Positions 58,887-64,000 of a stretch of 64,000 nucleotides of DNA are shown here, one piece after another (position 1 is the stretch's first letter; the number at the start of each line of letters is the position of its first letter). A program made the translations under genes and the position numbers. The notes beneath the pieces were generated by a model. That model was given only the letters and a program-made list of their open reading frames with translations. It was not told the origin of the DNA and searched no databases. Origin of the DNA: a virus; the IMG/VR virus record IMGVR_UViG_3300045988_130745; one strand, written 5' to 3'.

Positions 58887-60636
58887 TTTTAATACGAAAT
58901 ATAAAGCAAGAACTCCAGAAGATACAATTTCTATAGTAAAACATTTTTTCGAGGGAAGAGGTTATACCCTTACAGAAGTTACTTTTTAGACTGAGGCTGG
59001 CACATGGACGGTTCATATTGAACTTTTTGATAAAGGATTTTATATTCTTCAATCTAATGGAAAGGGCATGACTAAATTATTTAGTTTGGCTAGTGGATAT
59101 GCTGAACTATATGAACGTTATTGCAATATGCATCCTATTCTTTCCAATAGAATTTTCCAGAAAAGATTTTTCAATAGTAATTTTGAGAAAAACGGTTTTT
59201 ATTTTTAGAAAGGAGAAAAAGAAATTTCTTATACAGAAATGTTCCAGTCGAACCCAGAAATTAAAGACTTTTTTTATAAAATTTTAAAAACCCCTCAAAA
59301 TGTTCAAAGATTTTTTAAAGAAAGTTTTAATAATAAATTCATTGGAGTTCCTTTTGTTTCGACTAAAAATGATTCAGATATTATTTATATAGACCCAAGA
59401 ATTTCCGCTTTAATTTGGACTTCAATTGGATTAGCTGCAGGAAATAGTATTGAAGAAGCATTAACTCAAGGCCTTTCTGAAATTTGTGAAAGAATTGGTT
59501 TGGTAAATTTTTATTTTAAACCTCAAGAACGATTTTATGCTATAGATTTAACTAAAATTAAAAATAAAGATTTAAAAGATAAAATAGATAAAATTAATAA
59601 AGCTGGATATTTATTTTATGTTATTGATTTATCCTATAATTTTAATGTCCCTACTTTAATGTCTATTTTGATTGATCCAATAAGTTTACTTACATCAGTT
59701 GATTTTGGTTCTTATCCAGTCTTTAATATTGCTTTTGAAAGAGTAATTACAGAAATTTATCAAGGTGTTGCGACTTTTAAAAATAAAGAAATTAATATCC
59801 AAACACCTTATTCTCCTAATGGAGCAATTGGATTTTTAAATAGTGCATTAAATAATATTTCAGAAGCTAATAGTATTGATGAAAATTTCTTTTCTAAAGT
59901 TACTTTTGTAGAATCTTGCAATAAAAAAATTTTTTTAGAAGAAGCTATAGATTTTTCGTCATTGATAAAATATTTAAATAATATTTTCGATAATCTTGGA
60001 TATAAATGTTATTATGCAAATATGAGCTTATCAAAAGATATTGCTGCTATTCGTATTAATGTTCCTGGATTATATTTAATGAATGAAAAAATTGAACTTT
60101 TAAGTAAAGCTAGTTCTTTGATTGTAGAAGATTGTTTGGATATAATTAAAAATATTAACAATAACATGGATAAATTGCTTTCTTTGAACGAAAATGTTAC
60201 TTCGGACGAATTAAAAGAAATTTATCAATGTTTTTATAAAATATCTGATAAACAAGAATCTATGCCACCTATTACAGGAGCAATTATTGGGACTTTACTT
60301 TTTTCTAATCCTTATATGGTTTTTGGACAAAGTAATAGTAATATAATTCATTCTTTAAAAAATTGGCCGGATATTTTTCTTTTTGAATATAAACATTCGT
60401 ATTGGATGCCTGATTTAAAGAAATATTTAACTTTAGTAAGATATAAACAAAATAAATGCTATTCTAAAGAATAGACAATTAACTTTTTTGCTGCTCTAGG
60501 AAGTTATATTTCAGAAGAAGATTATGATAATGCTTTAAATTCAGATTATATTTTTTCTCAAATCTTTATTAACGGGACTTTAAAATTATATTACAGTTCT
60601 TTTTATGACGAACTTATTTAGAAGTTTCTTTATTGA
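58876..60636 (+). CDS. YcaO-domain protein
   Basis: NGKGMTKLFSLASGYAELYERY and SIGLAAGNSIEEALTQGLSEICERIG match the two YcaO ATP-binding signature regions. In frame with track ORF 59239-60474. Extends through TAG codons at both ends to the TGA at 60634-60636. Confidence 0.75.
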
Positions 60637-60661
60637 CTTTTCTCTAATCTTATGCTATAAT
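60633..60661 (+). promoter_or_regulatory. family promoter
   Basis: TTGACT 60633-60638 (contains the YcaO stop) and TATAAT 60656-60661. Confidence 0.75.
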
Positions 60662-60693
60662 TATTATAGAAAATGAGGAAAGGAAATGAGATT

Positions 60694-60993
60694 ATGAGCG
60701 AAAAGAATTATGAGACTAAATGGCATACTGTTCGTGAATCTTATCTTCGAATGCTTATTGGTAAAGCCATGAAATATGACATTCTTATGGATGATTTTTC
60801 TAAAATCGAAATCAATAGTGAAGATTTTTATGGTGAAATTTATCGAGGTTTAACTGGTGAGGAACTCACTATTCCCAATGATCAAGCTCACTTTATCAAG
60901 CGCGTAAATTTCGTCAATGGCGAAATCATCAAGCAGACCGATGAGACTCTTGAAAAACTTGATCTTGCCGCTAAGAAACACGGATTTGAATAA
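60694..60993 (+). CDS. hypothetical protein (paralog of 55000-55245)
   Basis: An internal ATG aligns with the paralog N-terminus. Confidence 0.55.
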   Translation: MSEKNYETKWHTVRESYLRMLIGKAMKYDILMDDFSKIEINSEDFYGEIYRGLTGEELTIPNDQAHFIKRVNFVNGEIIKQTDETLEKLDLAAKKHGFE

Positions 60994-61022
60994 TTGACTT
61001 TTCTTCAAATCTATGCTATAAT
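60994..61022 (+). promoter_or_regulatory. family promoter
   Basis: TTGACT 60994-60999 and TATAAT 61017-61022. Drives a long non-coding leader and then a tRNA array. Confidence 0.75.
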
Positions 61023-61029
61023 ATTTATA

Positions 61030-61508
61030 GAAAGTTAAGGAAAGATTACTTAATTTTTACGACAGTTTTGTTGGCAGACACTTCACTGAGCAAAAAAATG
61101 TGAGCTGCTAGGTTTTACGAGAGGGGTCACAGGCTACCAGAAATGGAGCTGAACCGAGCCAAACCTCCTAACGCAGAAGTTGCGTTCATAAATTACTTGT
61201 AATCTTAGCCTAAAGTGACAGGGTGCTAAAAGATTACTTCGCCACTCTTAATTGAGTGGTAAGGTTCGCTATAATTGATACCTCCACGCGGTGCGAACTG
61301 GACAATCTGATGAACTTGGAAGTCAGATTGACGAAAATCAATAGACATGAAAGACGAAATGAATACAAGCTCTCTTTCGTCAGTTAAATTGCACCAGCTT
61401 CGATGGTAGAATGGATTAACGTTCTGATAATTGTCGGCGCAATGCGCATCTACGGCACGGGTAAAGACGTCCCTTGCAAAAGCAATTAGACCATGTCGTT
61501 TTTATTAT
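61030..61508 (+). ncRNA. about 480-nt non-coding transcript segment between a promoter and tRNA-Glu (candidate large structured RNA)
   Basis: No ORF in any + frame even with TAG as sense. GC is above local background. Multiple hairpins, for example gacgaaa...tttcgtc. Confidence 0.3.
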
Positions 61509-61584
61509 GACCCCTTCGTCTAAAGGTGAGGATAGGAGGCCTTCAACCTCCAGATGCAGAGTTCGACTCTCGCAGGGGCCACCA
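61509..61584 (+). tRNA. tRNA-Glu (UUC) with C at position 33
   Basis: The 5' half ccccttcgtctaaagg is typical of tRNA-Glu. Anticodon stem ggagg/cctcc with loop CCTTCAA. T stem has a bulged A. A2-C71 mismatch. CCA encoded. Confidence 0.6.
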
Positions 61585-61587
61585 TAT

Positions 61588-61662
61588 ACTTCCGTAGTCT
61601 AACGGTTAGGACACGGTCCTGATAAGGCCGATACACTAGTTCAACTCTAGTCGGAAGTACCA
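61588..61662 (+). tRNA. tRNA-Ile (GAU)
   Basis: Acceptor acttccg/cggaagt, anticodon stem cggtc/ggccg with loop CTGATAA, T loop TTCAACT, CCA encoded. Confidence 0.85.
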
Positions 61663-61796
61663 GTTGCGTGACAGTCGTAGAACTCCTATCGGCTGTTTAA
61701 AAAACTAGGGTAGGACTTATGAGTGGAGTTCGCTTGTAAGACGCGCGAGAAAACGTCGCCCAGAGTATTTGCTTCAAAGTCACTCGCGCATTATAA

Positions 61797-61874
61797 CGGC
61801 CAGTAAAGGAAATGGCTAAACTTACTTCCCTCTCAAGGAAGAATTTGGCGGTTCAAATCCGCCCTGGTCGACCA
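61797..61874 (+). tRNA. tRNA with CUC anticodon (Glu by anticodon), poor D arm
   Basis: Acceptor cggccag/ctggtcg, anticodon stem cttcc/ggaag with loop CTCTCAA, T arm ggcgg-TTCAAAT-ccgcc, CCA encoded. Confidence 0.5.
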
Positions 61875-62056
61875 AGGTGTTGATACCTGCAAGCCTCAAG
61901 AAACGATTTAATAGGATACTAGTTACCTATTGAATTAAAGTATTGAGAAACTACAAATCAAAAGATACGTTGTGGAACGGGAATGATACTAACCGGAAAG
62001 CGTAAATCGTATTAGAGAAAAATGGTCTGGAACTCTTTAAATTATCGGACTACCGA

Positions 62057-62132
62057 GCTGGAGTGGCGCAATTGGTAGCGCAGCTGATTTGTAATCAGAA
62101 GGTTGCGGGTTCAAGTCCTGTTTCCAGCACCA
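62057..62132 (+). tRNA. tRNA-Thr (UGU)
   Basis: Acceptor gctggag/ttccagc, D arm gcgc-aattggta-gcgc, anticodon loop TTTGTAA, CCA encoded. Confidence 0.8.
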
Positions 62133-62136
62133 TTAT

Positions 62137-62211
62137 GCGTTTGTAGTTCAATGGAAGAATCGCAGACTCTTAATCTGTCAGATGCAGGTTCAAATCCTGT
62201 CAAGCGCACCA
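62137..62211 (+). tRNA. tRNA-Lys (CUU)
   Basis: Acceptor gcgtttg/caagcgc, anticodon loop CTCTTAA, T loop TTCAAAT, CCA encoded. Confidence 0.8.
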
Positions 62212-62215
62212 TTTA

Positions 62216-62338
62216 AAGACCATCACAGCATCTGAAATTGGCTTGTAACCCGCTTGTCGTCGAGTTCGATTCTCGACAGTATCTTCTCTTAAATGGGAAC
62301 ACTTAGCTCAGTGGTAGAGCAGCGTATTGTTGGTCTTG
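62216..62338 (+). ncRNA. stem-CAGCA element E8 enclosing a circularly permuted tRNA-like module
   Basis: Helix aagacca/tggtctt and CACAGCA. T arm gtcgag-TTCGATT-ctcgac, imperfect acceptor tcttctc / loop ttaaat / gggaaca, canonical D arm tagctcagtggtagagca. Confidence 0.45.
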
Positions 62339-62344
62339 TCTTAT

Positions 62345-62419
62345 GCGCTCATAGTTCAACGGAGAGAATATTGGTCTACGAAACCAAAGATGGAAGTTCG
62401 ATTCTTCTTGGGCGTACCA
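62345..62419 (+). tRNA. tRNA-Arg (ACG)
   Basis: Acceptor gcgctca/tgggcgt, anticodon stem ttggt/accaa with loop CTACGAA, T loop TTCGATT, CCA encoded. Confidence 0.8.
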
Positions 62420-62493
62420 CTTGTAATTTCTACGAATCTTATACAAATCTCCTTGTCGTTTGCGGCTCGACGCTAATAAAGCCGCACTCCTAT

Positions 62494-62570
62494 GCGGCTG
62501 TAATTCAGTTGGATAGAATATCGGACTTCTAATCCGAAAGCCAAGAGTTCAAGTCTCTTCAGCCGTACCA
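62494..62570 (+). tRNA. tRNA-Arg (UCU)
   Basis: Acceptor gcggctg/cagccgt, anticodon stem tcgga/tccga with loop CTTCTAA, T loop TTCAAGT, CCA encoded. Confidence 0.85.
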
Positions 62571-62620
62571 TTTTATCCTTTCTATCGTTCTGGCGCGATG
62601 AAAATAATGCCAGATTTTAT

Positions 62621-62697
62621 ACGGTTGTAGCTTAATAGGATAAAGCTGCGTGATTCCTAATCCGTCTATACCAGTTCAAATCTGGTCAGCCGTTCCA
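62621..62697 (+). tRNA. tRNA, probably Arg (CCU), with a bulge in the anticodon stem
   Basis: Acceptor acggttg/cagccgt, loop TTCCTAA if one stem nucleotide is bulged, T loop TTCAAAT, CCA encoded. Close relative of the Arg(UCU) gene. Confidence 0.55.
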
Positions 62698-62736
62698 CGA
62701 TTAACTAATAAGTGTCTCCTTTCTTTTCTCATCTTG

Positions 62737-62767
62737 GAGCCTAGCCTGTAATGGGCTAGGCTCTTTT
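62737..62767 (+). terminator. intrinsic terminator
   Basis: Stem gagcctagcc/ggctaggctc followed by TTTT. Confidence 0.7.
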
Positions 62768-62770
62768 CTA

Positions 62771-62799
62771 TTGACTTGCGCGAAAAGATATGATATAAT
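62771..62799 (+). promoter_or_regulatory. family promoter
   Basis: TTGACT 62771-62776 and TATAAT 62794-62799. Confidence 0.75.
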
Positions 62800-62828
62800 A
62801 TTTATAGAAAGTTAAGAAAGGAATAGTT

Positions 62829-63083
62829 ATGTTTTATTCTAACTCTAACTCTAACTCTAATTCTAAAGATACTGGTATTTATGGGGTTGTGCTTGAAATT
62901 CTTCCTAATGATTTTAGAAAAGTAAAAATACTCAATGGCACGCGAGTAAATGAAATTGTTAATGCAAAAATATCTTCTGAATTAAAAATTGAGTTTATTT
63001 ATATACTTCCAGATGATAAAGTTGCATTAAAAATGGACTCAAATAGAATAACTATTGTGTGGAGAATGGATTTACTTCCTTAA
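62829..63083 (+). CDS. hypothetical protein with an N-terminal (Ser-Asn)4 repeat
   Basis: 84-aa ORF. (TCTAAC)-type hexamer repeat at 62838-62864. Confidence 0.55.
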   Translation: MFYSNSNSNSNSKDTGIYGVVLEILPNDFRKVKILNGTRVNEIVNAKISSELKIEFIYILPDDKVALKMDSNRITIVWRMDLLP

Positions 63084-63112
63084 TTAAATATATAATGTAA
63101 AGGAGATAAGTT

Positions 63113-63367
63113 ATGACCATTCGAGAATTTGTTGAAAAATGCTCAGTTATTACCGAGATTGGCATTACCAAATGCGGTGATGAAGATGCACTTTATTCTT
63201 ACAAAATCGAAGATTTCGATGCTATTGGTTTCAACAGACAAATTCTTGAAGGTAAGCGCGGAAAGTATGTTCGTGATAATGGTATTTTAGACAAAGAAGT
63301 TTACGCTTTTCGAGATACTACAGATTTGTATGACCCATTCCAAGGCATTGTCGTAGTTTATAAATAA
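63113..63367 (+). CDS. hypothetical protein
   Basis: 84-aa ORF with an AAAGGAGA SD. Confidence 0.55.
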   Translation: MTIREFVEKCSVITEIGITKCGDEDALYSYKIEDFDAIGFNRQILEGKRGKYVRDNGILDKEVYAFRDTTDLYDPFQGIVVVYK

Positions 63368-63382
63368 GAAAGGTTGGATTTT

Positions 63383-64000
63383 ATGCTAACTTTAAATGGC
63401 AAATATGGTTCCGCGCGAGTTTATACCGATTTGATTGAGCAAGAAGCTATTGCACAGATTATTGAGATGCTGAATCAGTCCTTTGCAGAAAATGCAAATG
63501 TGGCTATTATGCCCGATGTTCATGCCGGCGCTGGTTGTACCATTGGTACTACTATGCGAATTTCTGATTGCGTTGTCCCGAATCTGGTTGGCGTGGACAT
63601 TGGTTGTGGTATGATTTGTGCAAAGCTTACTCATTTGCATAAAGAAGAAGTCGATTTTGAAAAATTGGATAAGGTTATTCGAGAGCATATCCCTTCTGGT
63701 ATGTCTATCCGCGATAAAATGGTTAATATTAAAATGTCTAATCGCGCGGGTGTCAACGCAAAAGATTGGGCAAATCAACTTCATCAACTGAAATGTTGGG
63801 ACGCAATCAAAACTAAAGAAGATTACTTTTTGAAGTCTATTGACACTCTTGGAGGTGGCAATCACTTTATTGAAATGAATGTTGATGAAGATAATCAATG
63901 TTATCTTGTTGTTCATTCTGGCTCTCGTAATCTTGGTATTCAGGTTTGCAAATATTACCAGAAATTAGCTGAAACTGATTACCAAAAGGCTTGTAGCAAA
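63383..64000 (+). CDS. rtcB: RtcB-family RNA 3'-phosphate ligase (5' part, runs off the window)
   Basis: MLTLNGKYGSARVYTDLIEQEAIAQI...AIMPDVHAGAGCTIGTT...PNLVGVDIGCGM...GGGNHFIE are hallmark RtcB motifs. The track shows only a spurious antisense ORF here. Confidence 0.85.
   Translation, partial: MLTLNGKYGSARVYTDLIEQEAIAQIIEMLNQSFAENANVAIMPDVHAGAGCTIGTTMRISDCVVPNLVGVDIGCGMICAKLTHLHKEEVDFEKLDKVIREHIPSGMSIRDKMVNIKMSNRAGVNAKDWANQLHQLKCWDAIKTKEDYFLKSIDTLGGGNHFIEMNVDEDNQCYLVVHSGSRNLGIQVCKYYQKLAETDYQKACSK

Noticed and set aside
62621-62697. Possible second suppressor tRNA, because the loop region contains CCTAA
   Set aside because: With the best stem register the 7-nt loop is TTCCTAA, giving anticodon CCU (Arg). 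The gene is a close paralog of the adjacent tRNA-Arg(UCU).
1047-62799. CRISPR-like array, suggested by the repeated roughly 40-nt conserved blocks
   Set aside because: The repeats are promoters with -35 and -10 geometry. They are separated by hundreds to thousands of nt of genes rather than by uniform short spacers. No direct-repeat and spacer periodicity exists anywhere in the window.
63392-63916. 174-aa minus-strand ORF at the window end
   Set aside because: Antisense to an unmistakable RtcB coding sequence on the + strand.
1-64000. rRNA genes, integrase or transposase genes, and lysis or terminase genes
   Set aside because: I found none with recognisable motifs in this window. The only mobile-type elements supported are the GIY-YIG cassettes and the DGR.

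Overview
All convincing genes lie on the + strand. The window reads as part of a large, AT-rich, tRNA-rich bacteriophage genome in which TAG is a sense codon. The six-frame ORF track fragments many genes at TAG. Reading TAG as Gln joins the fragments into full-length proteins, and the TAG positions fall on conserved Gln sites (for example GIY-YIG YIGQS and RWQEH). A suppressor tRNA with a CUA anticodon and tRNA-Gln-like identity features is encoded at 3558-3633. TGA and TAA still act as stops.

Contents, by my hand annotation:
- About 33 tRNA or tRNA-like genes in six arrays.
- At least 21 copies of one near-identical sigma70-type promoter (TTGACT-N17-TGnTATAAT-ATTTATAGAAA).
- Five GIY-YIG nuclease genes, four of them directly after tRNA genes.
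- An anaerobic nucleotide module (NrdD, NrdG, ThyX-like protein, adenine methylase, UvrD-like helicase).
- A long tail-fibre module with collagen-like (GXY) proteins.
- A complete-looking diversity-generating retroelement (VR, TR, reverse transcriptase) targeting a tail-fibre C-terminus.
- Tail-module genes interrupted by long poly-C and poly-G tracts.
- An RtcB RNA ligase, a nucleotidyltransferase, a YqeY-like protein and a DUF2828/vWA (Ro60-like architecture) protein.

Most interesting candidates:
1. Two related radical-SAM/SPASM maturase clusters next to Cys-rich substrate-like proteins. One of them also carries a YcaO enzyme. They look like phage-encoded RiPP or protein-crosslinking systems.
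2. A family of 10 RNA elements with a covarying terminal helix and a CAGCAA motif, embedded in the tRNA operons. Three enclose circularly permuted tRNA-like modules (a Y-RNA/YrlA-like layout).

All coordinates were derived by hand from the sequence. RNA feature ends may be off by a few nt. All functional calls rest on motif recognition, not on database searches.
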